Below, in pieces: positions 1 to 9,004 of a DNA stretch of 20,000 nt. Both the position numbers and the translations under genes were made by a program. This DNA comes from an uncultured virus (IMG/VR IMGVR_UViG_2576861110_000002) (taxonomy: Duplodnaviria > Heunggongvirae > Uroviricota > Caudoviricetes), in the IMG/VR virus record IMGVR_UViG_2576861110_000002, positions 58,863 to 78,862 of that record; one strand, written 5' to 3'. Each line of letters opens with the position of its first letter. Position 1 is the stretch's first letter. The notes below the pieces were generated by a model that saw only the letters and a program-made list of their open reading frames with translations, had not been told where the DNA came from and ran no database searches.

Positions 1-1
1 C

Positions 2-1819
2 CTCACAAATACAAATATTGAAAGAGCAATTGCTGCATCGTCAAATCAGTTAAAGTCGGAATATATTGATCCATTACAGAAAAATACTGAAAGCTTAAAA
101 GAAAATATTTTAACGAATGTTGACTTATCAGGTTTGAATCCAGATATTTACTATCCTGTTATCTTTCAGTTGGCTACCGGTAAGCAAAAGTATGATTTTA
201 AAGTATTTTGTACTTTAGGCGGCCAAAATAATAGTAATGTGCCTTGGGCTACACATGGTACACGCTCTTTCGGTCTTAATTGTGAATGGAGTGTTACCGC
301 CAATGGATGGGGTACTCAAGCAGAAAATAGAATTATTGATAAGTTCTCTTTTAGCTGGACTGCACAATCACCTTTAATAAATATTAAGCAAATGCCTAAC
401 TCTTCAATTGAAACTGTCTTTTTACGGGGTGGGGCGAGATATGATATTTCACACTATAAAACGATTACACCACTTATTAAAACTGAGTCTTTCACAGCTT
501 TGGGACAATCTATTGAACCAATTCAATATAATTCGTCACTTGTACCAGTACCAATTTTTGCAGAAATTGTAAAAGCTCAAGACACAGCTGCTGCAGCATC
601 TAGAACAGTTGCTGACATACAAAGAGATTATGTGACTTCTTCAAAATTGAATGAGGCAGTTGCTTCATCCAATGAACGATTATCAGCCCTCTATTCAGCA
701 AATAGCCAAACCATTATGGCGTCTGCTTTGCAAACTTTTGAGAAAGATTGGATTATTAGAACGCCTAGCGGCTCAAGAATAGGTATGCGTTTAATTGAAG
801 ATCAAACTTGTCGTGGTGGTTATGCATTACGAATGGGAGATAATTCTGGCAACGATGAAATCTGGCTAAACTGGTTCTCTACCTTACCAATTGATGATAA
901 TAAGATGTACCGGATTAAATACCGCTACAGAAGGGTGTCAGGTGCTGGTGTCGTTTATGTGGGGGCCACCTGTTTTAATGCCGCAAAATCTGCATTTATT
1001 ACAGATGCGAATTACATAAATGGAGATATTGGCTCAAGTCATTATGTGGTTGGAGGCGCTGCTCCTGCCTTGGGTTCTTGGGTAACTGGAGTTGCTTATT
1101 TCAAGGGTAGATCTGCTGGTGCAAGTAGTGGGGCTGGAACGCTTGCTAACCCTAAAACATTCGCAAATAAAGCAGCTTTCTTTACACCTGTTTTTATTGG
1201 TAATTATTCAGCTCAAGCAGGCGAAGTAGATCTTGATTACATTGATATTGAAGATGCAGACAATATTGCTGAATTTGAGAGTTTCAGGACCACTTATACA
1301 ACTGATGTAGGAGCTTATGCAGGTTCTCTTCAAACCCTAACTTCTGTTTATGGTCCAAATGCAATTAATCTTAAGTCTCAAGTTGATTTGATCAATGGGA
1401 TGAAAGGTAAATATGTAATGGGTATGGATAACAACGGCGTTTTCTCAGGTTTATCCATGGTAAGTGAACAAAATAATGGAACTGTCCAAACTTCTATAGG
1501 TTTCCAAGCTGATAGAATTTTCTTCACAACAGGTACTTCTTCTACTAAATACATGCCGTTTATAGTCCAAGACAATCAAGTCATTATGAATAGTGATGTA
1601 TTTATTAAGAATTTGACCGCAGCAAACTTCAAAGCGAAGTCTTTAACAGCTGAACTGTTTAAAGTCGATAAATTGAGCGCGATTGCTGGTGAGTTGGGGA
1701 CATTAACTACCTACAAGGATCCGGCTAAACCCAATGGTGCAAGGATGGTTTTAAGCGGCAGTTTAATTACGGTTTACGACGATAATAATGTTGTCAGGGT
1801 TAAATTAGGGCTGTGGTAG
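2..1819 (+). CDS. Tail tip / central fibre protein, lambda J (TipJ)-like, 5'-partial
   Basis: The frame is open from position 2, so the TTG at 134 is not the real start. The C-terminus has a DUF1983-like segment (KYVMGMDNNG..IGFQADRIFF..MPFIVQDNQV) and the typical J ending VYDDNNVVRVKLGLW. An internal jelly-roll/carbohydrate-binding-like segment is present (IDDNKMYRIKYRYRRVSG...VDLDYIDIED). Confidence 0.8.
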   Translation, partial: LTNTNIERAIAASSNQLKSEYIDPLQKNTESLKENILTNVDLSGLNPDIYYPVIFQLATGKQKYDFKVFCTLGGQNNSNVPWATHGTRSFGLNCEWSVTANGWGTQAENRIIDKFSFSWTAQSPLINIKQMPNSSIETVFLRGGARYDISHYKTITPLIKTESFTALGQSIEPIQYNSSLVPVPIFAEIVKAQDTAAAASRTVADIQRDYVTSSKLNEAVASSNERLSALYSANSQTIMASALQTFEKDWIIRTPSGSRIGMRLIEDQTCRGGYALRMGDNSGNDEIWLNWFSTLPIDDNKMYRIKYRYRRVSGAGVVYVGATCFNAAKSAFITDANYINGDIGSSHYVVGGAAPALGSWVTGVAYFKGRSAGASSGAGTLANPKTFANKAAFFTPVFIGNYSAQAGEVDLDYIDIEDADNIAEFESFRTTYTTDVGAYAGSLQTLTSVYGPNAINLKSQVDLINGMKGKYVMGMDNNGVFSGLSMVSEQNNGTVQTSIGFQADRIFFTTGTSSTKYMPFIVQDNQVIMNSDVFIKNLTAANFKAKSLTAELFKVDKLSAIAGELGTLTTYKDPAKPNGARMVLSGSLITVYDDNNVVRVKLGLW

Positions 1820-1826
1820 TGAAGAG

Positions 1827-1853
1827 GGGCTAGTTATCTAGCCCTTTATTTTT
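1827..1853 (+). terminator. Intrinsic terminator-like hairpin between the J-like gene and the next gene
   Basis: GGGCTAG-ttat-CTAGCCC (1827-1844) followed by TTTATTTTT. Confidence 0.55.
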
Positions 1854-1863
1854 GGAGGACAAT

Positions 1864-2154
1864 ATGCCACAAGGCTTACAAGTATTTGATGAGTCTAAGA
1901 ATATATTATTAGATGCTACTACTCGTATTACTAGACTTATTGGTAGGGTTGAAGGTGGTAGTCCTCCCGGTATCTCAGGTTCAGTAACAATACCTACTGA
2001 CAGTATTGGTAATGGTAATATATTTTTTATTATCGATTTATTACCCGGCTATGGAAGTAATCTTGCAGAGATGACCTACAATAAATTAACTATTTCAGGT
2101 AATACAATTAACTATGCAGGTCTAGTTACTGGATTCTATTATGGGGTTTATTAA
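1864..2154 (+). CDS. Small tail-tip accessory protein downstream of J
   Basis: GGAGG (1854-1858) precedes ATG 1864, a better start than TTG 1852. The N-terminus MPQGLQVFDE..ILLD resembles small proteins that follow J-type genes. Confidence 0.6.
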   Translation: MPQGLQVFDESKNILLDATTRITRLIGRVEGGSPPGISGSVTIPTDSIGNGNIFFIIDLLPGYGSNLAEMTYNKLTISGNTINYAGLVTGFYYGVY

Positions 2155-2919
2155 ATGGCTGCAGGTTTTCAAGTAGTTAATGATAGAAATACTATTCAAA
2201 TTGATAGTAATTATAGCAATCTACACTTACATTCTGTTTTAGATATTAAATCAGGGGTACTAATTGATAGTTTACCCGGTTTTAATCCTAGATGGCGTTT
2301 TGATGGGAAGATGCGTAAGCTTAGTGTTCCAAAAGCTGATTTACCTCTTCCTGTTATTGCTTTAGAAGTTATTAATGACTGTAGTTGTGCTTTTGGTGGA
2401 ATTCAATCTAATGGCTATAATTGGGATATTGTTGTTTACTACGGTAAGCGAGTAACAGGCGGTGTATGGACTATAGAAGAACCCCCAGCAGCTAAGGTAT
2501 ATATATTTTCTACTAGGGTTCAGCCCTTATCATCTGGTGTAGGTTTAGAAATCTACAGAGAAGACGGTACTGTAGCTTTTTCATCTCAAGCTAAGCCTTT
2601 AACTATTGTAACTAGTTTACAAGAGATTAGTGGGGTTGATTATTTATATTCAGGAAATATAGCTAATAAGGCTTTATTATTTCAGGGTATGGATGTTATA
2701 TGGAGTTTTTCTATGGATGTTGATGAATTTTATGTATCAACTTTCTATGGATATCAAGATAATAAAATTTATCAAATTGGTAGAAACACCTCTGACCCTA
2801 ATGGACATATGATGCCTGAATTATATGCTTGGTTTGATCATTTTGAAGTTAACACACATAGTTGGTATCAATTAACAGCTCCTTATCCTTTGTTAATTGA
2901 TACGACTATTCTTAATTAA
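2155..2919 (+). CDS. Putative receptor-binding / tail-tip protein
   Basis: Abuts the previous stop. Two related motifs, GFQVVNDRNTIQIDS and GLEIYREDGTVAFSS, resemble the N-terminus of the upstream small protein. Position after J fits a receptor-binding role. Confidence 0.5.
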   Translation: MAAGFQVVNDRNTIQIDSNYSNLHLHSVLDIKSGVLIDSLPGFNPRWRFDGKMRKLSVPKADLPLPVIALEVINDCSCAFGGIQSNGYNWDIVVYYGKRVTGGVWTIEEPPAAKVYIFSTRVQPLSSGVGLEIYREDGTVAFSSQAKPLTIVTSLQEISGVDYLYSGNIANKALLFQGMDVIWSFSMDVDEFYVSTFYGYQDNKIYQIGRNTSDPNGHMMPELYAWFDHFEVNTHSWYQLTAPYPLLIDTTILN

Positions 2920-2925
2920 TTTTAA

Positions 2926-2956
2926 TAAAAAGAAAGCCCCTTAATTGGGGCTTTCT
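2926..2956. terminator. Bidirectional intrinsic terminator
   Basis: AGAAAGCCCC-ttaatt-GGGGCTTTCT (2931-2956) between convergent genes, with an A-tract on the left. Confidence 0.8.
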
Positions 2957-2971
2957 CCATTTAAATGCATT

Positions 2972-3166
2972 TTATGCAGGCTGATCATTACTTTGTGGTT
3001 CTTCTACAAAAGTGTAGTTAACTGCAATGGAACCAGTCTCCAAATCCCAGCCTAGGTTTAATGTTTTGAAAGCAGGACGATTATTATATCGTTGACTATT
3101 TACAATATCTTTTGTCTTTTGAGCTAATTCGATATCTAAATCGTTAAATACTTTAACTTCAGCCAT
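2972..3166 (-). CDS. Hypothetical 64-aa protein (probably late-expressed)
   Basis: AAAGGA Shine-Dalgarno upstream of ATG, its own TGGAAC-N30 promoter motif, and a terminator downstream. Confidence 0.65.
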   Translation of the reverse strand: MAEVKVFNDLDIELAQKTKDIVNSQRYNNRPAFKTLNLGWDLETGSIAVNYTFVEEPQSNDQPA

Positions 3167-3204
3167 GAGCTTTTCCTTTGAACAGATTAAAAAATAAGTT
3201 CAGA

Positions 3205-3247
3205 TAGAATTGCATGCAGTTAATTAATGAAATCTGTAGGGTTCCAA
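3205..3247 (-). promoter_or_regulatory. Putative phage late promoter (copy 1, leftward)
   Basis: Minus strand TTGGAAC (3247-3241), 30 nt, then ATTCTA (3210-3205). Confidence 0.6.
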
Positions 3248-3253
3248 TTCACT

Positions 3254-3296
3254 TTGGAACCCATCTAAAAGTAAAAAAATAGCAGCCTTCAAAATA
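3254..3296 (+). promoter_or_regulatory. Putative phage late promoter (copy 2)
   Basis: TTGGAAC 3254-3260, 30 nt, AAAATA 3291-3296; upstream of the portal-like gene. Confidence 0.7.
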
Positions 3297-3325
3297 CATA
3301 ATTATTTAGGTATTTTGGCTTCGTT

Positions 3326-4861
3326 ATGTCTTCTCGGTTCTTATCGTTGTTACTCGGTGAAAATGTTAATTCATATGATCAGCAATTCGATACGTCTAAT
3401 CAGGATGCAACAGCACAGCTATATGAAACTATGGCTCCGTTTTCACTTGGGACTAACCAAACCAAAGCCAATAAGAAGCGTACTCGGAAAGAAATTCTTA
3501 CTAAATGGGAGAGAATGTTACGCTTTGCACCTATCGCAGAGGGTATGGGGATTCATGTTTCTGCAGCCTTAGGCGGCGATTCTTATAGCGGCCAACAAGT
3601 CTTTATTACGCCCGCAGAACGGTTAAAAAAGGCGAATGGACCAGCAGCTGAAAAACTAAAAAAACAACTAGATGAGCGCCGTGTAAAGATGGAAAAGCTG
3701 ATCAATAAGTATTTAAGCAAGCTAGCCCGAGATGCAATTTCATTTGGTGATTCTTATGCACGTATTTACGGGAAAAAAGATAAAGGTGTAATTGACCTCG
3801 TATGTAATGAGTATACTTATCCACCATTAATACAACCTTTCGAACAAGGCAGTAAGACTGTCGCCTTTTTTTGTTTAGATCCTCGCAATTGGCAAAAAAC
3901 TATTACCAAACTGAATACTATCCAAATGGTACGTTTCAAAATGCCCCGTATGAGCAATATTGCTCAATATGAGCTTGTTGAAACTGGTCTTGTCACGAAA
4001 ATGTTGGAGGGTGATGATCCAGATGAGCTACCAATCTTACCCGCGCATTTAGGCGGCTCATTTCTTTATGAGATTGAAGATATTTATGATGATGTAATCC
4101 TCGCTTTGGCATCTATGAATAGCCAGCAAATCGCAGATACCGTAAATCAGATGTTCTTGACAGTAAATATGTCAGGAATGCCGCCAGCACAACGTCAAGC
4201 CTATATTCGTGGTTTAGAAGGTTTGCTTAAAAATCATGAGGCTTATGTCCGTGATGCTTTATCAGGTGGTGAAGCAGTCTGGAATACTGCTTTTCACATG
4301 CTTCCAGTATTTGATGAAAAACAAGTTCTAAATCCAGTGGGTGATATCAAGAATCAACGAAGCTCACCTATTAATATTGAACAGTTCATGATTAATGTCC
4401 GTTTGTTAATGGGCGGTATAGGTCTAGACCCAAGTATGGTAGGGTGGGCTGACATGTTAACTGGTGGTATTGGAGAAGGTGGAGCATTCCATACTTCTGC
4501 ACAAATCATGCGTAGGTCACAAGACATTCGAACAGCAGCTTCCGAAGGGATTAATCAAATTCTTCACTTGGATTGGGGTTTTGCTTATAACGAACAATTT
4601 GAGCCTGAAGATTACCCTTGGCAAGTTGAATATTATTCAAACCAAACTGCAGCAGCTACGGAAGAAATCAACAATGCTCAATCAAGAATGAATACAACAT
4701 TACTTAAAACACAAGTAATCGCATCATTGAAAGAATCAAATTTAGATGTAGATATTATGGCCTACATTCTTGAGCGCGATACAGGTATGAAATATGAGGA
4801 AGCATTAACATTAGCTGAAAGTATTGCTAAGAGCCGTAAATTTCCAGAGGATGAAGAATAA
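3326..4861 (+). CDS. Putative portal protein (P1 Prt-like)
   Basis: 511 aa, mostly helical. Carries a portal-like motif LARDAISFGDSYARI, lies next to darA-like genes as in the P1 head region, and is preceded by the late-promoter motif. Confidence 0.6.
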   Translation: MSSRFLSLLLGENVNSYDQQFDTSNQDATAQLYETMAPFSLGTNQTKANKKRTRKEILTKWERMLRFAPIAEGMGIHVSAALGGDSYSGQQVFITPAERLKKANGPAAEKLKKQLDERRVKMEKLINKYLSKLARDAISFGDSYARIYGKKDKGVIDLVCNEYTYPPLIQPFEQGSKTVAFFCLDPRNWQKTITKLNTIQMVRFKMPRMSNIAQYELVETGLVTKMLEGDDPDELPILPAHLGGSFLYEIEDIYDDVILALASMNSQQIADTVNQMFLTVNMSGMPPAQRQAYIRGLEGLLKNHEAYVRDALSGGEAVWNTAFHMLPVFDEKQVLNPVGDIKNQRSSPINIEQFMINVRLLMGGIGLDPSMVGWADMLTGGIGEGGAFHTSAQIMRRSQDIRTAASEGINQILHLDWGFAYNEQFEPEDYPWQVEYYSNQTAAATEEINNAQSRMNTTLLKTQVIASLKESNLDVDIMAYILERDTGMKYEEALTLAESIAKSRKFPEDEE

Positions 4862-5514
4862 TGGCTTTTTTTGAATACGAAACACAGAATAAAACTATAA
4901 ATAACAGTTTTGGAAACGTTTTAAATCCGTTTAAAGATCGTTTTGCTAAAAATCCTGTCTTATGGTCTGGTCTAACAGTGGATCAAGCTGTTTCCCATTA
5001 TCAGGAACTTTACGCATTAGGAACACTTTCAGCTGCACATTTTGGAATAGAAATTCAGCCTTACCGTGCAAACAGTAAGATTGCTCAAGCGAATATTCCA
5101 ATTTTTGATCCTTCAAACAAAGTTGCTTGGTTAGCCAATAATGTAGATGTATCACTACTAGATGCCCAAACCGATGCAGTGCATGTGGGGCATTTTCAAC
5201 TCAACCATGTAACTGGTAATGCTTCAAATGAGTTGAGCATTTCATTTATTGAGACTAAAGAAGCAGCTATTGCGAATAGTGCTAAAGCTATAAAAGAAAT
5301 AATGTTTAATAAGGATGGTACTCAGCCGCCACCAATTGAATACTTAATGAGATTAAAAATATATGCTTTTGATAAAGCTGCAAGAAATCAAAACCAATTT
5401 GAAATTGAGCATCTAGTTTCACTTCAAGCAGGCAATTTGCCCCTTGATGCCTCTAATAAAGCACATGCCATTGTTACTTTAAATTTCATCAAAATGTTTC
5501 CCAACTTAAAATAA
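4861..5514 (+). CDS. Putative virion morphogenesis protein (tail tube / baseplate tube-like fold?)
   Basis: TAATG-coupled to the portal gene. Its beta-strand pattern (ELSISFIETK...DGTQPPPIEY..RLKIY...VTLNF) is reminiscent of tail-tube-fold proteins. Confidence 0.4.
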   Translation: MAFFEYETQNKTINNSFGNVLNPFKDRFAKNPVLWSGLTVDQAVSHYQELYALGTLSAAHFGIEIQPYRANSKIAQANIPIFDPSNKVAWLANNVDVSLLDAQTDAVHVGHFQLNHVTGNASNELSISFIETKEAAIANSAKAIKEIMFNKDGTQPPPIEYLMRLKIYAFDKAARNQNQFEIEHLVSLQAGNLPLDASNKAHAIVTLNFIKMFPNLK

Positions 5515-5517
5515 GCT

Positions 5518-5560
5518 ATGGAACTCATTGCCTTTATAGATTCACCTACTTGAGAAAATA
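5518..5560 (+). promoter_or_regulatory. Putative phage late promoter (copy 3)
   Basis: ATGGAAC 5518-5524, 30 nt, AAAATA 5555-5560; upstream of darA. Confidence 0.7.
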
Positions 5561-5587
5561 TCCTCAAATTAAAATGAGGATAACTCC

Positions 5588-7540
5588 GTGAGTGTTAAAT
5601 CAATTTTCATTCAAACACACGCACCACATCAAAGCCGATTAGTACATGGTTTTGACTCCATGGTGAATAGTGGTGCTTGTTCAATTGGGTTTATTAAGGG
5701 TGATTACCGTCAAATTAATGCTTTAGTCACTGAAGATTACACGGAAAATGATTTCTGGCGTGTTGTAAATTTAAAAGGTAAAAAGGGTGGGATAGATGCG
5801 TTTGATTCTGTTGCGGTATTAGGCGCTATCGATGACCAGCATGCAGCTGATTTAGCGATACTGCAATTTGGCCGCATGTTTGATGCTAGTGTTACTGATG
5901 TTATTGAAACAAATCAATTTGGACTTAAGCGCCATTTATCTTCAAAACAATTTAATTTGACGGGTTCAAAACCGATTCAAAGATGGCAACTAGAACAATT
6001 ACAAAATGTTGTAGCAGCTGAAAAACCTGAATGGGATGGAATCAATTTAATTTCTCATGAGGGTGATACTTCTAAGTTGTTATTAGATATGCAACGAAAT
6101 GATGATCACAGCCAATTATTGAGTAAATTTGATGGGTTACCTACACTTTTATCTAGTCTAGGCGTAGAAGAAGCGCTTTACGACTCTATTATCGTTGATT
6201 ACCAGCATTTAGAGCAGCTGTCTGCAATTTTGCATCACTCTATGGATCAGTTTTCAAAAACTGGCGTCAAAATCGTTAACGTTACGGAAAGTAAGCCCTT
6301 TAAGCATAAAAAAGTCCTTCAAATTGCTCTTACTTATGATTTTGATGACGGCCAAAACTTCACAATCCTTTTTCATAAGCCAGATCGATTATCAAAAAAA
6401 ATTAGTCCAGCAGATTCATTAATTTCATGGAAGATTTTAATGAACAATCGGGATATTACGGCTGCAATTCAGCCTAATCAGGGAGAAGGAATATCAATTC
6501 CAGTTCTCGCTGGTCGAATTATGAAGTTGATTAACCAAAATAGTAATCGTTTTAAGCGGTTACAATCTAAAAAAGCAGAAAAGGCCAAGGCTTTAGCAGA
6601 TGCTGAACTACGTCTCGAGCAAAAACAAAGTCAATTAAATTCTTTAAGTGCAGAAATTTCCAATTTATTAAATGAATTGGATCAGTTGCAAAATACATTG
6701 TTAACCAAGCAATCTGAAGAAAATGAAGTAATCATTAAAGAGAATAGTCTCGATAATGAGTTACCAGATAGTATTTCTGATGAAGAAGCCGAACGTTTAA
6801 AAGCCGACTTAAAGCGTTTAAATGCTGATCCTGAATGGGCAGGTGAAGATGGTTTACGTTACCAAGCATTCTTTGAACGTATCAATAAGGCTCTAGAGGG
6901 GGATTCTGATGCAGTAGTTTGGGCACGTGAATGGATTTCTGATCTAGATGACCAGGCTTTGGCTCAACAGCAAGCAGGATTAGAAGCAAAAAAACTTATT
7001 GATGCCGAAAATGAAGCTAAACAAAAAAGAGATGAAGAAGTATTAGCAGCACGTACAGCTGGTATAGCTGAAAACAAAATGATGCAAGCATGGTTAGACA
7101 CTTTGGAAAATCCTGAAGATTCTAACAACATAGACTTTATGGCTTGGGTTTCAGATCGCCGTGGTGAATTCTTAAAAAACTGGAATGGGGCCGAAGGTTC
7201 ACCAGAATATTTAACAGCATTTTATGAATATTCAAGAGCATGGGCAGATGAACATTTAGCGGATCGCCTCAGTAATAAAGAGCCAGCCCAAAATTCAGAT
7301 AATGATGAATCTAAAGAACTCAATGCTCCGACAGAAGTTGAAGGTCTTCAGCCTAGTACGACAAATGATGAAGGTAATCAACTTTACCGTTCAGTAATTG
7401 AAGGGCAGGTTAAAGTTAATCTTGAGTTATTAGAGCAAATTCGAGATGAAGCAGAAAAAGACTTAAATGATCCACTTCTTATTCCAGCGGTGACAGAACT
7501 CTTGAATCAAGTGCAAAAAATGGAAGCGGAGAATATCTAA
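5588..7540 (+). CDS. darA: Defence-against-restriction DarA-like virion protein
   Basis: DarA N-domain-like segment (FDDGQNFTILFHKPD..ISWKILMNNRDITAAIQPNQG..RIMKLINQNSNRF), then a coiled coil and a DarA C-domain-like end (LYRSVIEG..LELLEQI..LLIPAVTEL). Size is similar to P1 DarA. GAGGA SD precedes the GTG. Confidence 0.8.
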   Translation: MSVKSIFIQTHAPHQSRLVHGFDSMVNSGACSIGFIKGDYRQINALVTEDYTENDFWRVVNLKGKKGGIDAFDSVAVLGAIDDQHAADLAILQFGRMFDASVTDVIETNQFGLKRHLSSKQFNLTGSKPIQRWQLEQLQNVVAAEKPEWDGINLISHEGDTSKLLLDMQRNDDHSQLLSKFDGLPTLLSSLGVEEALYDSIIVDYQHLEQLSAILHHSMDQFSKTGVKIVNVTESKPFKHKKVLQIALTYDFDDGQNFTILFHKPDRLSKKISPADSLISWKILMNNRDITAAIQPNQGEGISIPVLAGRIMKLINQNSNRFKRLQSKKAEKAKALADAELRLEQKQSQLNSLSAEISNLLNELDQLQNTLLTKQSEENEVIIKENSLDNELPDSISDEEAERLKADLKRLNADPEWAGEDGLRYQAFFERINKALEGDSDAVVWAREWISDLDDQALAQQQAGLEAKKLIDAENEAKQKRDEEVLAARTAGIAENKMMQAWLDTLENPEDSNNIDFMAWVSDRRGEFLKNWNGAEGSPEYLTAFYEYSRAWADEHLADRLSNKEPAQNSDNDESKELNAPTEVEGLQPSTTNDEGNQLYRSVIEGQVKVNLELLEQIRDEAEKDLNDPLLIPAVTELLNQVQKMEAENI

Positions 7541-8991
7541 TGACAACTTTAAATCTAATTTCTATTCAAGATATTGCTAAAAATCCATTAGTTGTAATTG
7601 ATCAAATGATTAGTTTCTTTAAACCTAAACAGCCCTTTACTGGGCTATTGAAGGGTAGAACTAATAATGTGAAAACAGCCAAAGGACAAAAGATTTCTAC
7701 TGTATTCGCTTTAGTTGATATTGATCAAGTAATTGCATCTCATACAGCAACTGGTGCGGAAAACCCTAATTATCCGCAAGAATTGCAGCCACGAGATCGT
7801 AGTCGTGAATCCTCACAAGCATGGGTACAGAAAACTGCTAATGATTTAGACCCCGAAAGCCTAGGCCGCTCAGGTCGGGCAGACACGGGAGCACCGATAA
7901 CTGGTGATGATTTAGTTGTTGAATCAGGAAATGGCCGAACAATGGCAATCAAGCTTGCCTATGAGCGCGGTACCGCAGATGAGTATAAACAATGGTTGAT
8001 TGATGAAGCTGATTACTTTGGCTTTAGCAGTGAGCAGGTCCAAGCAATAGCTCAACCAATCTTGATACGTATTCGTACAACTGAGATTGATAGAGCTCAA
8101 TTTGCCATAGATGCTAACCAAGATGATAAGTTGTCTTTTACAGCAACTGAACGTGCTAAAGCTGATGCTAAACGTTTAGATGAGAATTTACTGGCTCTTT
8201 TTAACCCGAGTGAAGATGGCGATTTATTAGCAGTAAGTAATCAAAAGTTTATTCAAGGTTTTTTAAGTAAATTAGGTGATACAGAAGCTGCCCAGTACAC
8301 AACGAAAGATAAAAAACCAACACAAGCACTGATAAACAGAATCAAGGCCGCAATTTTTAGTAAAGCGTACAATGATGATCGTCTGCTAGAAATGATGGCT
8401 GATCATACAAAACCAGATCTTCAAAATATGCTTAATGCGCTTGGTGTTGCTGCGCCTAAATTTATTGAAGCGCAAGCTATAAGTCGTGGAAATGTTCAAG
8501 ATATATCAGATCAAATCGTTGATGGAATGGAGCAAGCCATTGATCAACGTGTTGCTAATGCAATTATTGATGCAGCAAATACAATTTTATCTGCAAAGCA
8601 AAATGATCAAGATATTGTTGAGTTTGTAAAGCAGCAAGGGCTTTTTGAGGATCTAGGAGAAGGTGTTGCTGAGCTCGCCGTATTTCTCGCCAAGAATAGC
8701 CGCAGTTCAAAAAAAATGAGTATGTTATTTAAAGCATTAGCTGAATTTGCAGAGAAACAGGCTTTAGATAGTAGTAATGTAGGCTTGTTTGGTGAACCTG
8801 AACCAGTAAGTGTAAAAGATGCTATCCAATATGCACAACAAGTGCTTGGTGATGATTTCATTAGTGTGCAAATGTACGATTCATTATTCTCTAATGCATG
8901 TAATTATTTAAAATTAATAGATTATGTATCTAAGGATCCTCTTTTTGTTATTAAATCATTGATTATAAACATTAAAAAATATAAGTTTTAA
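7540..8991 (+). CDS. ddrB: DdrB-like protein with ParB-superfamily domain
   Basis: Motifs VIASH..G.ENPNYPQELQPRDR and GAPI..D.VVESGNGRTMAI are typical of the ddrB-like ParB domain. TAATG-coupled to darA. Confidence 0.75.
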   Translation: MTTLNLISIQDIAKNPLVVIDQMISFFKPKQPFTGLLKGRTNNVKTAKGQKISTVFALVDIDQVIASHTATGAENPNYPQELQPRDRSRESSQAWVQKTANDLDPESLGRSGRADTGAPITGDDLVVESGNGRTMAIKLAYERGTADEYKQWLIDEADYFGFSSEQVQAIAQPILIRIRTTEIDRAQFAIDANQDDKLSFTATERAKADAKRLDENLLALFNPSEDGDLLAVSNQKFIQGFLSKLGDTEAAQYTTKDKKPTQALINRIKAAIFSKAYNDDRLLEMMADHTKPDLQNMLNALGVAAPKFIEAQAISRGNVQDISDQIVDGMEQAIDQRVANAIIDAANTILSAKQNDQDIVEFVKQQGLFEDLGEGVAELAVFLAKNSRSSKKMSMLFKALAEFAEKQALDSSNVGLFGEPEPVSVKDAIQYAQQVLGDDFISVQMYDSLFSNACNYLKLIDYVSKDPLFVIKSLIINIKKYKF

Positions 8992-9004
8992 TTTTTAACA
9001 TTGG

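Noticed and set aside
1378..1575. 65-aa minus-strand ORF
   Set aside because: Antisense shadow inside the J-like gene, with no recognisable features.
1135..3033. Intragenic TGGAAC copies (1135, 1477, 2326 minus, 3028)
   Set aside because: No AnnnT element 30 nt downstream, so treated as chance matches.
2972..3166. cor-like superinfection-exclusion lipoprotein
   Set aside because: No signal peptide or lipobox cysteine.
3315..4691. Alternative-frame ORFs 3315-3572 and 4464-4691
   Set aside because: Almost entirely overlapping the portal-like gene and lacking protein-like motifs.
4946..8861. Minus-strand ORFs 4946-5155, 7770-7952, 7924-8121 and 8607-8861
   Set aside because: Antisense shadows of well-supported plus-strand genes.
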